From positions 210,523 through 274,522 of the forward strand of contig CAZETU010000001.1 of NCBI GenBank assembly GCA_964514585.1: a DNA stretch of 64,000 nucleotides, given 5' to 3'. Shown here piece after piece: positions 9,492-19,238 of this stretch. The position numbers and the translations under genes are program-made. Source of the stretch: Candidatus Woesearchaeota archaeon (GTDB lineage: Archaea; Nanobdellota; Nanobdellia; Pacearchaeales; GW2011-AR1). Position 1 is the first letter of the stretch, and each line of letters starts with the position of its first letter. The notes under the pieces were generated by a model. That model was given only the letters and a program-made list of their open reading frames with translations. It did no database searches and had not been told where the DNA came from.

Positions 9492-10318
9492 TTTATTCTT
9501 TTAGAAGTATAAAGCTCCGAATCTTCCCAAGCCATTTTATTAGAGAGTATCATTATGTCATATCCCATCTTTGATAAATTTTCTCTAAATAAAAACATGT
9601 ATTCCTTGTAGTTTTTCATTAATTTTTCTAAAGTTTCTGGGAGTAAATCATTAAGGTGTTTTCTGTTTAATATATCCTCGACAAATCCACTTACAACACC
9701 ATCCTTAATATAATCAAATTTAAAACTAAGTTCAACATATTTTTCTAAACCAGGCAAATCAAAAAACTTAATCCAATCTTTCTTATAGAGTGGTGTTATA
9801 TCTACATGTATTGCTTTTGAAACATCTTCAATTAGTTTTTTAGATGGAACCTCCATATAATACATAGGAACTGCTACAATAAATCCAGATTTTTTGCAAA
9901 CTCGTCTACATTCCTCAAACGCTTTTTCTCTATTGGACATTAAAGAAAGCACATTGCCAACTATTACCAAATCAAATGTTTCATCTTCAAAGGGAAGAGA
10001 ATTAACATCTGCTTTTTTAAATCTAATATTGTCCAATTTCTCCACATTAGCTCTTTTTGCCGCCTCTTTTAGACTCATTTCGTTTATATCTATAGAAATT
10101 AATTTGCAGGGAATCAGTTTGCTTAATTCAATCGCGGTAAATCCAGTACTGGTCCCAATTTCTAAAACCTTACTGTATCTATCTATACAAGTTCTATTTG
10201 CAATTTCAAAAACAGTATTTCTCCCACCCGGGATCCTGTTTGTTTCTTTAGTTAAGCCAATTAATTGATTGTAATCCATTTTATCAATATCATCCGCTGT
10301 TAATTCTTCAATTTTCAT
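9488..10318 (-). CDS. Class I SAM-dependent methyltransferase
   Basis: VLEIGTSTGF motif I, ISIDIN, ADVNSLPFEDETFDLV. Confidence 0.9.
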   Translation of the reverse strand: MKIEELTADDIDKMDYNQLIGLTKETNRIPGGRNTVFEIANRTCIDRYSKVLEIGTSTGFTAIELSKLIPCKLISIDINEMSLKEAAKRANVEKLDNIRFKKADVNSLPFEDETFDLVIVGNVLSLMSNREKAFEECRRVCKKSGFIVAVPMYYMEVPSKKLIEDVSKAIHVDITPLYKKDWIKFFDLPGLEKYVELSFKFDYIKDGVVSGFVEDILNRKHLNDLLPETLEKLMKNYKEYMFLFRENLSKMGYDIMILSNKMAWEDSELYTSKRIK

Positions 10319-10319
10319 T

Positions 10320-11456
10320 TTAAGGTTTTAAAGTTCCATCAACTCTTGGGAATTGATTAGCGCTCCAAATAAATGGCATTTCTAAAAGACCCTGTAAAAA
10401 TCTCTCCCATCCAAGTCCAAATCCAGACGTTTCTTTATAATTATTTAATTTACGAGTTTGAAGGTATGGTTCATAATCTTCTTTTGGAAGATTAAATATC
10501 TCAGATTTTTCTTCGAGCTCTTCTCTAGACCTAACCCTATGTCCACTTCCAATAGTTTCTCTATATCCTGGCCAAATAATATCTGAATTATTAGCCACTT
10601 TTGGGATTTTACCATCTATCATAGAATGATAAAAAGGAACCTCTAAGAGAGGGAATTCTCTGATTAAAACCATATTCCCCATTATTTCTGTAATTTTAAT
10701 TTCTTCCCAAGATCCAAAATGCTTAAGTGTAAATTCTTTATATTTCTCTTCGCCCGTTTCTTTGTATAAAATTTCTAGCGCCTCCTTAAATGTAATTTTC
10801 GGTATCTCTAATATGTTCTCGGCAAATTCGCCAAGTTCTCCTAGCTTCTCTTTAGATAAAAAATATGCTAAGTCCTCATTATTTTTTACCAACAAATCTT
10901 CTATTATTTTTTTAAGCAAATTAAGAGCAATAAATTCATTCTCCTTTTGATTAACTTTCCCTTCATATTCTATATGGTGGAATTCAGACAAGTGAGTTGC
11001 ATCAGATATCTCTTTCCTGAATGAATTATAAATTGAATAAACATGATTCACACCACTTTGCATCATTGCAAGCTCCAAATAAATTTGTGAAGATTCTGAC
11101 AGAAAAGCTTTTTTGGGCAAGTTAAACCAATCAAGAGTTATTGGACATGTATCTGTTGTGTAATTCAAAGCCTCTTTGCCATAAACCGCTCCAGGAGAAG
11201 ATATCATTCTTGTAGTCATTGGAAGTGCAGTAAAAAGGGCATTTAAGTTATCGAAATATTCATTTGCAGAAAGATTTATCCTATGATTAATTTTAGCTAT
11301 ATGTCCCCACATTTCATCTTCATTAAATTGATTAACTCTTTCTTTAAACTTTTCAATGGGAGGAACTACAGATAAAACATTATCAATTTTTGAGAATACC
11401 TTATTCCCTTTATAGGAAATTGTCCCATCTTTATTTGCAGTATATGGACCTAACAT
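10320..11456 (-). CDS. AsnRS/AspRS-like class IIb catalytic-domain paralog lacking the OB-fold anticodon domain
   Basis: Motif 2 SFRKEISDATHLSEFHHIEYE; motif 3 GFGLGWERF; ETIGSGHR; ATG at 11456 lies about 21 nt after a TTTTAAA box. Confidence 0.8.
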   Translation of the reverse strand: MLGPYTANKDGTISYKGNKVFSKIDNVLSVVPPIEKFKERVNQFNEDEMWGHIAKINHRINLSANEYFDNLNALFTALPMTTRMISSPGAVYGKEALNYTTDTCPITLDWFNLPKKAFLSESSQIYLELAMMQSGVNHVYSIYNSFRKEISDATHLSEFHHIEYEGKVNQKENEFIALNLLKKIIEDLLVKNNEDLAYFLSKEKLGELGEFAENILEIPKITFKEALEILYKETGEEKYKEFTLKHFGSWEEIKITEIMGNMVLIREFPLLEVPFYHSMIDGKIPKVANNSDIIWPGYRETIGSGHRVRSREELEEKSEIFNLPKEDYEPYLQTRKLNNYKETSGFGLGWERFLQGLLEMPFIWSANQFPRVDGTLKP

Positions 11457-11532
11457 AAGAAAAGAACAAATTCTCAATTTAAAAACATTACTATAGAATA
11501 GTTACAGTCAATTCTATACAATTTTATCTTTT

Positions 11533-13314
11533 CTATACCCGACCACTAATAGCCGCAATCACTCTTCCAGAAAACCCACCACTAACAATATTCACAGTAT
11601 TCGGAGCAAACTCTTCCTCGCTCCCATCAACAGTCCAGACATATCCATCATCAGTATATTCTCCCTGATAATTAACATAACCACCACAGTCACCTAGAGC
11701 AGTACAAATCCTATTAGCCCCAAGAGCCCATTCCTCTTCCAAACACTCACATCCCTCAACACACTTCCAATTATCATCAAGCAAGCCCTTTTCATAAGTC
11801 ACAATACATTTAGCACTAGCCTGCCCACAAATCTGCGACGCACTTCCCTCTTCCCAAAAAGCAAGTCCAGGCGGAAAATTAGGCAAACAAACCCCGCTAG
11901 CTCTATTAGTCACAGTTTTCTCAACTACTTCTTCATCATCATCTCCACCAAAAATAGACTTCCCAGTTATCGGAGCAACAACATTCCCAGTATAAGTCGG
12001 ATTGCTAAACGATCCAGTCGAAGTAGGATTAGAATAAGTCGAACTACCAACTCCACCACCATCACTACTTCCAGCCCCAATTAAAAGCCCAGCAATCGAA
12101 GGCTCCCAAATACAATCCCTCCTATCAATATTCAAACAATCATCCTCATCCTCTTGAGCCGTACAATCCTGCCACCTATTAACTCTACATCCAGAAGTCC
12201 CAAAATCCCCAGCGCTCGTCTCAATATAACTCCACAAACAAATCTCATTCCTATAATCAGCACAAGGCTCAACCCTCACCTCACCATCAACACAAGTTTC
12301 CCTAAAATACCTCGACCCAACCTGGTCGTTCCCCTCGCCAACATTATCATCATAAACACACCACGCTTCCCCATTAATTCTTTTCTCACCATCAGCATCC
12401 ACACACTCAGTCCTCTGACAATAATAATCACTATCCGCAGGCCCACCAAAAACCCCTTCCCACTCAGCACACCGCGACCCTAACATATAATCACAGTTCC
12501 CACAATTCTTATTCGACCCATCATTAGGATCACAAATATCGTCAGCCTCGGCAACCTTCCCATTATTCCAACTCCTAACCTTATCCGAAGAATAAATATT
12601 CTCCCTATTCCCACAAGAATCAATCCAATAAACCTGACCCCGATAACACGAAGTAGAAGTCTGCTTAGCACAAGACGTACTTAATTCCTCAGCCGAACAA
12701 AGAAAGTCCTCATAAAAAGTCCTCTGCTCCGACAAGGCAACTTCAGTACCATTCACCGTCTCAACTCTCTCCCCAGCCCCACAATCAGCCCGAGTCGTAA
12801 ATTCACAAACCCTATCAAAATCCTTCTCATAAACACAAGCACCCATATCCTGAGCCTGTGCCGTTGCAATACAACTAACCTCATTAGTTATATCAGACCT
12901 ATAATCATTCTCAACTCCAAACAGCGTCGACAGTCTCTTACATCGAACCAACGGAACAAACGCAGCCTGATCAGCAATTATACAACATCCCAACTGACAC
13001 TGCGGCACCTCTTCAACACTTCGAGAATCCCACGTCCCACCAGCGTCCGAACAAACTCTCTGCGGCGTATTCCCCATACAAATTCCTTCCTCACTATCAT
13101 AACAAGTCCCAAGCTTACAATAAGAAGTAGTCTCACAAGACGTCGGCGAACTCTTAAATCCAGAATCACAAGTTTCCTCAGGAGCATTAATACACCATCC
13201 ACCACTCTCAGTCTTTTCACAACAAAAACTCGGGTCAGACATCACAGTCTCAGCAGCAACACTAAAAGTAAAACAAACCACAAACACACTCATCAACAAA
13301 CTCAACTTATTCAT
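11533..13314 (-). CDS. Secreted Cys-rich protein (593 aa), paralog of the N-terminal half of 14689-18477
   Basis: Signal peptide; VGSRYFRETCVDGEVRVEPCADYRNEIC versus VGSRHWKYVCSQGVVQIEPCADYRNQIC. Confidence 0.8.
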   Translation of the reverse strand: MNKLSLLMSVFVVCFTFSVAAETVMSDPSFCCEKTESGGWCINAPEETCDSGFKSSPTSCETTSYCKLGTCYDSEEGICMGNTPQRVCSDAGGTWDSRSVEEVPQCQLGCCIIADQAAFVPLVRCKRLSTLFGVENDYRSDITNEVSCIATAQAQDMGACVYEKDFDRVCEFTTRADCGAGERVETVNGTEVALSEQRTFYEDFLCSAEELSTSCAKQTSTSCYRGQVYWIDSCGNRENIYSSDKVRSWNNGKVAEADDICDPNDGSNKNCGNCDYMLGSRCAEWEGVFGGPADSDYYCQRTECVDADGEKRINGEAWCVYDDNVGEGNDQVGSRYFRETCVDGEVRVEPCADYRNEICLWSYIETSAGDFGTSGCRVNRWQDCTAQEDEDDCLNIDRRDCIWEPSIAGLLIGAGSSDGGGVGSSTYSNPTSTGSFSNPTYTGNVVAPITGKSIFGGDDDEEVVEKTVTNRASGVCLPNFPPGLAFWEEGSASQICGQASAKCIVTYEKGLLDDNWKCVEGCECLEEEWALGANRICTALGDCGGYVNYQGEYTDDGYVWTVDGSEEEFAPNTVNIVSGGFSGRVIAAISGRV

Positions 13315-13631
13315 TTTAATTCCCCCTTTATTTTTACAATTACTTTCTTTAAGGATGGCAATTCGTTAATCAGTTCCATAATTACTTCCATAGGTACATC
13401 ATTATATACATGACTTATTAAATTTCTACAGGCATAAAACTTTTTCCAATTAATCTCATTATGTTTCTTTATAATCTCACGAGGCAATTTATCAATATTT
13501 TCTCCTATAACCTGAAATCTCATAAGCATAGCATCCCAAACCGTCTTATCCTCCAATGATTTATTCAAATCTCCCTCAATCCTTCCAATCATCTCCTTAA
13601 TCAAATTTAAATTTAAACTATATTTTAACAT
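13311..13631 (-). CDS. HEPN (HepT/DUF86-like) RNase toxin
   Basis: DAMLMRFQVIGE; R-X4-H motif RNLISH. Confidence 0.85.
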   Translation of the reverse strand: MLKYSLNLNLIKEMIGRIEGDLNKSLEDKTVWDAMLMRFQVIGENIDKLPREIIKKHNEINWKKFYACRNLISHVYNDVPMEVIMELINELPSLKKVIVKIKGELK

Positions 13632-13911
13632 AAACCACCTCTTTCTTTATATAATTTAATTCAGGTCTCAACGATTGAGAAGAAACCAAGTCAATTTTTC
13701 TCTTAAACAAATTTTCTAAATAAAATAAAACCTCAAAATAATTTTTACCCAAATTCTCTTTTTCAAGAGTAACCAAAAAATCAATATCACTTCCTCTCTT
13801 CTGTGTTCCTTTTAGATATGAACCAAATAACCCAATTTTTTTTACACCCCTCGCTTTCAACTTTTCTTTTCTTTTCTCAATCTCACTAATTATTTTTTTC
13901 TTATTCATCAT
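13618..13911 (-). CDS. Minimal nucleotidyltransferase (MNT) antitoxin
   Basis: GLFGSYLKG...SDIDFLV motif; ATG at 13911 overlaps the upstream TGA (ATGA). Confidence 0.87.
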   Translation of the reverse strand: MMNKKKIISEIEKRKEKLKARGVKKIGLFGSYLKGTQKRGSDIDFLVTLEKENLGKNYFEVLFYLENLFKRKIDLVSSQSLRPELNYIKKEVVYVKI

Positions 13912-14669
13912 GCATACCCCGGAGGCCAAGCCAAACTTCGACTAGCAAATTTAAATTTATTTCCATAAACCTTATTCTCCAACATGTAAACAGTAGTGCC
14001 ATCTCCACGCTTAATTTTATCAATCACATAATCAGGATAAAAGCCCATCATACTCGTCACATCACTATCCCCATACTTAACTTCAAATTGTAAAATCGAA
14101 GTCGCAATCATCAAAGTTTCATAAAGCGCAGAATTTATTCGAACATTAAACTTCGTAAATCTCTGACTACCAACGGTAGTAGGAGCATTAACCTCAACCC
14201 TAATCACACCAGGCTCAATCACAACATCATAATTAATTTCCCCACTCACAACATCATAACCCTGAGACTTCAGTTCATTAATCGAATTACTATAACAAGT
14301 ATCCATACTATCCCGAATAGAAATCTCCAACTGATCATCAAAAGTCTGCTTCAAAAACGGCCTCTGCACAGTACAAGTCTTATAATATTCACTAGTATAG
14401 CAAAGATAAGTCAAGTCCTCTCCCTTATACGCATAAGTAAACTCAGGATCAATCAACCCAGCCTTCGCCTCAAGATCCTCCATCACCTGCTCAACTGCAT
14501 CCTCAATACAAGATTCAAACCCAAGCTTCTTCCCTTCTTGAGAAAAATAAGTCGGCCGCGCCCACAAAAAGAAAACCAAAATAGCCGAAACAATAACAAT
14601 CGCCACTAAAATAAACATAGTCACCTGACCCTTTTTGCCACTGCCCCTTTCCATGCTCATTATAGCCAT
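13908..14669 (-). CDS. Pilin-like protein with class III signal peptide
   Basis: KKG-QVTMFILVAIVIV; paralog of 18477-19238. Confidence 0.75.
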   Translation of the reverse strand: MAIMSMERGSGKKGQVTMFILVAIVIVSAILVFFLWARPTYFSQEGKKLGFESCIEDAVEQVMEDLEAKAGLIDPEFTYAYKGEDLTYLCYTSEYYKTCTVQRPFLKQTFDDQLEISIRDSMDTCYSNSINELKSQGYDVVSGEINYDVVIEPGVIRVEVNAPTTVGSQRFTKFNVRINSALYETLMIATSILQFEVKYGDSDVTSMMGFYPDYVIDKIKRGDGTTVYMLENKVYGNKFKFASRSLAWPPGYA

Positions 14670-14688
14670 CCCTTATTTATAAATTCTA

Positions 14689-17600
14689 TCATAATGCACG
14701 AGCAGTAATAGAGCATTCCCTAGGAATATTTCCAAACTCGTCCTCGCACTTAATATAATAAGTATCCCCCCGAGTCGTAGAAAATGAATGCGTCTCCCCT
14801 ACACCAAGCATTTCACCACTGTCCCAATCAAACCTACAAGTGCTAGTTGAATACCGACAATCCGCATCTTCATTCGTCACAATATACATCGTCCCACCAT
14901 TCTGCCAAACCCGAGCAACCTGCGGCGTCGAAGTATCATGAATAATCCTAAACTCAGTCTCGCCCCTCACAAAATCCCCAGTCTCATCCGTACACTCAAT
15001 ATAAATATGATTAGTCACAGCCGGCCGATTCAACATCTGCTCATGACTATTACTCTCGCCAGTCTCAAACATCTGAATCATATTCTCATATCCCGAAAAC
15101 GAATAAGAACACCAATGATACTCGGCCCCACCAGAAGTATCAACTTCAACATAAATCGTCGTCACAGTCGTATTAACCTCAAAGTCTTCACTCGGTTCAA
15201 TTGAATCAATCGCAATCTTTCTCTCAGGCTTCCGAAGCTCATAAACAAAACTCTCAACATTAGCATTCCTCTCAGTCTCATCAACAACCCACGGCTGATC
15301 CATACACTTCACATAATATGTATTCGTCCCATTAGAAACCGGTAAAATATCACTACAAGTATATCCCAAAGGATTCGACGGCCGCGCCAAAGTATCATTA
15401 CAAATCATAGAGTTAGCCATGGCTCCATAATCAACATCCGTAGAACTCCACTTACAAGTCGACAACTCATTCGTCACAATACTAACATCCTGCGAAGTTT
15501 TCTCAAACCCAATAATCAAATCATTCTTTGGCTCACTCCCACGAATCATCGGCGCAGTCACATCATCACCCTCGACAACACAAAGATCAACCGTATAAAA
15601 TCCAGGACTCTCATGCCCCTTAACATCTCTACATTTCACATACAGCGTCATATCCCCATTCCAATCAGCACCCTGACTCTGCCCATGACTAGGATCAGGC
15701 AAAAGAAAACTAGTCGTATGATTCCGAATATAAGAATTCCCACCAAGGTCAAATTCCATATTCTCAAACTCATTCATAGCAATATCAAACTTACACTGCG
15801 CCGGCTCATCAGTCGTAATCCCAAAAACCAACTGAGTATAAGCATCAATGCAACCCCCTCCAGAAGTAATACTAAAACCGCTTTCACTAATACTAGTATA
15901 TTCCTCATCTTCAGAAATCATACTTATCGAAGGCCCCAAAACAGGCGGATTAACATCATCAGGACTCCCATCAACACACATCTCATCCTCAGTCCCCTTA
16001 TTGATAATCTCACACGCAGCCCCCAAGCTCGCACAACGATATTCAGAGCACGGTTTCAACGGGTCACCATTACACTTCTCACAATCATCAGCCCCACTCG
16101 GAGCCTGCCACGGCTTACACTCAAACTGAACCTCAATCGGGTCACAATCATCCCCTCCAAAAAATAAAGAAACAATAACCAAGACAACACCTATTATAAA
16201 TAAAGCAAGACCAAGCACAGGGATGCCCAAAAGAGGAGCGCTATTAGTCAAAAGAGCATACCCAGCAATTCCACCTATAAGCCCGCCACCAATAGACATA
16301 AGTAAAGATCCGCCGGGACTAAGACCCAAAGATTTCGCAATCATAGCTCCAGCAATCATTCCAATTCCAAGTCCAATAGCAAATCCAGCGAAAGGAGCCA
16401 AGCTTCCAGCCGCCCCAAGTACACTCGTGGACTGAGAAATTGTAGCAACTGCAGAAATTCCCTCGAGCGCAAGGGCTCCACTCAAAGAACCAATAGTAGA
16501 AACAAGTGAAATAAATCCTGCAGCATACCCAATACCAACAGCCCCCATTCCAATATTATTCATTAAAGTATCCTCCCCCAATTCCCCAACAGGAGTTTCC
16601 AAATCCCCAATCAATCCAGCAGCCTCCAAAAATTCTGTATAATCTTCGACTTCAGCAATTTGTCCAGGAACAGGCGCAGACATTTTAATCAAATCAGAAA
16701 TATATTTAGTGCTTAAATCTGGAGAGTTCCTAAGTTTATAATTATCATTATATTCCCCCAAAATATTTACAGAGCCCCCACAATCCCCAATACCTCTACA
16801 CATATCATTCATCTCCTCAACAAATCCCGCTCCCAAACATCCTTTATTCGCAACAATCTCGCATCCTCCCCATGTCTTAGGCTTATACACAACCGTACAC
16901 GTCTGACTCGCAATCCCACAAAGTTGTTTAGCTGTCATCTCATACCTCTCGTCCCGAAGATTAAATCCGCCAGGATATCTAGGCATACAAACATCAAAAC
17001 TAAACTTATCAGCAATTTTAACTTCCTCAACTCGACAATTCAAAGTATCCGCACATTCTTCCATCACATCTTTATCCCCATTCATATCAAGACACTTCCT
17101 CCAATTATTAGCAATACAAGCCGCATTCCTAAATTCAACTTCATTCCCCTGGACATCAAAAGTATTAGTCTGCACACAAATCTGATTTCTATAATCAGCA
17201 CAAGGCTCTATTTGGACAACACCTTGAGAACAAACATATTTCCAATGCCGACTCCCAACAACATCATCTCCATCATCAATCTTCCCATCATACTCACACC
17301 ATGATTCACCATTCCCATAAATCTCACCCTTAAACTCACAAGACGTTGACCGACAATAAAAATTTCCATTATCTACATTAAAATTATCTTCCGAGGCAGA
17401 TGCACAAATCCCCCCAATAAATCGATTACAATTCCCGCAACTTTCAGAATTAGCATTGCCAGTTTTGCTAAAATCCCCACAAACATCTTCAGGCTCAGCA
17501 ACCCTCTCCCAATAATTATAATCATTTAACTTCGACGAATCATAAATATTAGCATAATTCCCACAAGAATCCAAAAAATAAACCTCATCCTTGCCATCAA

Positions 17601-18477
17601 CACAAGTCGTTTGATCAGTCTTCTCACAAGACGTATTCAAAACCTTAGCTGTACATAAATACCCCTCATTAAACTCACCATTATAACTAAAACAATCGCT
17701 CTCCGTAATAAACTTACAATTACCCCCGGCCAAAACACAAGCTCCCTCAGTCTGAATCGAAGACATCGCCGCACATTGCCCCTCATTAACCTCAGGCCTC
17801 CAATCAGTTACAGAATTAGGCCCAAGTGCCAACTGCGTCGTATCAACCTCACATTGTCCCCGTGTTTCAAAAATAGTTTCAGTTCCAAGAATACAACAGC
17901 CAAGTCGCGCCTCAAGCATATTACAATTAGGATCAGCTACCCAACTCGTCGGACAATCACCCTCTAAAACACTCCTATCATAAATTCCCAAACTCTCATC
18001 ATAGCAACACCCCTTCTTACAAAAAGAAGTAGAAGCGCACAGACTCCCCTCGGCAAAAGGGGACGTCTCTACGCAACTCAACGGAGCAGAAGTGGCGCAT
18101 TTCTCTCCATTCTTAGCTAAAAAGCAACACCCGACATTAGCGGCATTGGACGAGATTGAGAAAGATTCCACAGTAACTTCCTCAGTTAAAATATAACCGG
18201 TTTCGAGTGTCAAATTTATTTCTCTTGCCGAAGCCAACGGCAAGATTGGTTCTTTCAAACCCTCCACAATTGCATCTGAAAGTTTCCTAAAAATCGACTT
18301 CGCCGGCTTAATATCCAACGTAGCCATTCTTTCCGCTATCTGTCTATCTCTCTCTTCATACTGCTTATCCAATTCTTCAAAAACTCCATCCGTTGCAGCA
18401 ATCCCATAAGAAAATGCAAACATAGCCAAAAGCATCAAGGTCAATTCAAAACTCGCAACTATCTTTTTACCTTCCAT
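14689..18477 (-). CDS. Giant Cys-rich membrane/surface protein (1262 aa)
   Basis: N-terminal hydrophobic segment, Cys-rich domain, Gly-rich multi-helix hydrophobic core, Cys-rich beta-rich C-terminus. Confidence 0.82.
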   Translation of the reverse strand: MEGKKIVASFELTLMLLAMFAFSYGIAATDGVFEELDKQYEERDRQIAERMATLDIKPAKSIFRKLSDAIVEGLKEPILPLASAREINLTLETGYILTEEVTVESFSISSNAANVGCCFLAKNGEKCATSAPLSCVETSPFAEGSLCASTSFCKKGCCYDESLGIYDRSVLEGDCPTSWVADPNCNMLEARLGCCILGTETIFETRGQCEVDTTQLALGPNSVTDWRPEVNEGQCAAMSSIQTEGACVLAGGNCKFITESDCFSYNGEFNEGYLCTAKVLNTSCEKTDQTTCVDGKDEVYFLDSCGNYANIYDSSKLNDYNYWERVAEPEDVCGDFSKTGNANSESCGNCNRFIGGICASASEDNFNVDNGNFYCRSTSCEFKGEIYGNGESWCEYDGKIDDGDDVVGSRHWKYVCSQGVVQIEPCADYRNQICVQTNTFDVQGNEVEFRNAACIANNWRKCLDMNGDKDVMEECADTLNCRVEEVKIADKFSFDVCMPRYPGGFNLRDERYEMTAKQLCGIASQTCTVVYKPKTWGGCEIVANKGCLGAGFVEEMNDMCRGIGDCGGSVNILGEYNDNYKLRNSPDLSTKYISDLIKMSAPVPGQIAEVEDYTEFLEAAGLIGDLETPVGELGEDTLMNNIGMGAVGIGYAAGFISLVSTIGSLSGALALEGISAVATISQSTSVLGAAGSLAPFAGFAIGLGIGMIAGAMIAKSLGLSPGGSLLMSIGGGLIGGIAGYALLTNSAPLLGIPVLGLALFIIGVVLVIVSLFFGGDDCDPIEVQFECKPWQAPSGADDCEKCNGDPLKPCSEYRCASLGAACEIINKGTEDEMCVDGSPDDVNPPVLGPSISMISEDEEYTSISESGFSITSGGGCIDAYTQLVFGITTDEPAQCKFDIAMNEFENMEFDLGGNSYIRNHTTSFLLPDPSHGQSQGADWNGDMTLYVKCRDVKGHESPGFYTVDLCVVEGDDVTAPMIRGSEPKNDLIIGFEKTSQDVSIVTNELSTCKWSSTDVDYGAMANSMICNDTLARPSNPLGYTCSDILPVSNGTNTYYVKCMDQPWVVDETERNANVESFVYELRKPERKIAIDSIEPSEDFEVNTTVTTIYVEVDTSGGAEYHWCSYSFSGYENMIQMFETGESNSHEQMLNRPAVTNHIYIECTDETGDFVRGETEFRIIHDTSTPQVARVWQNGGTMYIVTNEDADCRYSTSTCRFDWDSGEMLGVGETHSFSTTRGDTYYIKCEDEFGNIPRECSITARAL

Positions 18478-19238
18478 TAAATCCCAGGCGCAAACGCACA
18501 GCTCCTCACAGCAAATTTAAACTCAATCCCACTCCGACGGTCAATCAATCGATACAACTTACTATCACTATAATCAACCCTCCGAATATCAAACTCAGGA
18601 TACAACAACATATACCCATTATACTCAAAGTGGCAATACTGCGACTCACTATTCACAACGTCCCGCGCAACCCTAATCAAATCGTAAATCGGCGAAATAA
18701 TTTTCGTATCAAAATTCTCAAAATCCTGAGTAGAACCTTCTCCCGTAACATGCAACTTCTTCTTCAAGCTAACTTCAACAGCACCAGGCAAAACATCAAC
18801 AGAATAACTAGCCGCTCCACCGCTAACATCAAAACCCCGATTCTCAAAATCCTCTCTCATAGAATCAAAACAATCCTGAACCGCGCCTTGAGTATCCGCA
18901 ACAATCTCGTCTTCTATTTCCATTTCCAACATCGGATGAATATTATAGCAACCCTGATAATAGTCCGCCTGATAACACAAATAATTCCATTCCTCATCCT
19001 GATACATTATCGCCCTTTTCGGTATAATCACGCCACCATTAGACAAAATAGTCTCAACAGATTCCTTTACAGCGTCACGAACACATTTGTCAACAGATTC
19101 CTTGGGGTTTAAATCAGAAGGCTCTATAGAAGTATTTCCACCCATAAAAAACAAAGCAGCTATAATCCCAGTTACAATCACGATTCCCAAAATTATAAAC
19201 ATCGTCACTTGCCCCCCTTTCTTCATTTCATTTACCAT
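18477..19238 (-). CDS. Pilin-like protein with class III signal peptide
   Basis: KKGG-QVTMFIILGIVIV; FKFAVRS ending parallels FKFASRS in 13908-14669. Confidence 0.75.
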   Translation of the reverse strand: MVNEMKKGGQVTMFIILGIVIVTGIIAALFFMGGNTSIEPSDLNPKESVDKCVRDAVKESVETILSNGGVIIPKRAIMYQDEEWNYLCYQADYYQGCYNIHPMLEMEIEDEIVADTQGAVQDCFDSMREDFENRGFDVSGGAASYSVDVLPGAVEVSLKKKLHVTGEGSTQDFENFDTKIISPIYDLIRVARDVVNSESQYCHFEYNGYMLLYPEFDIRRVDYSDSKLYRLIDRRSGIEFKFAVRSCAFAPGI

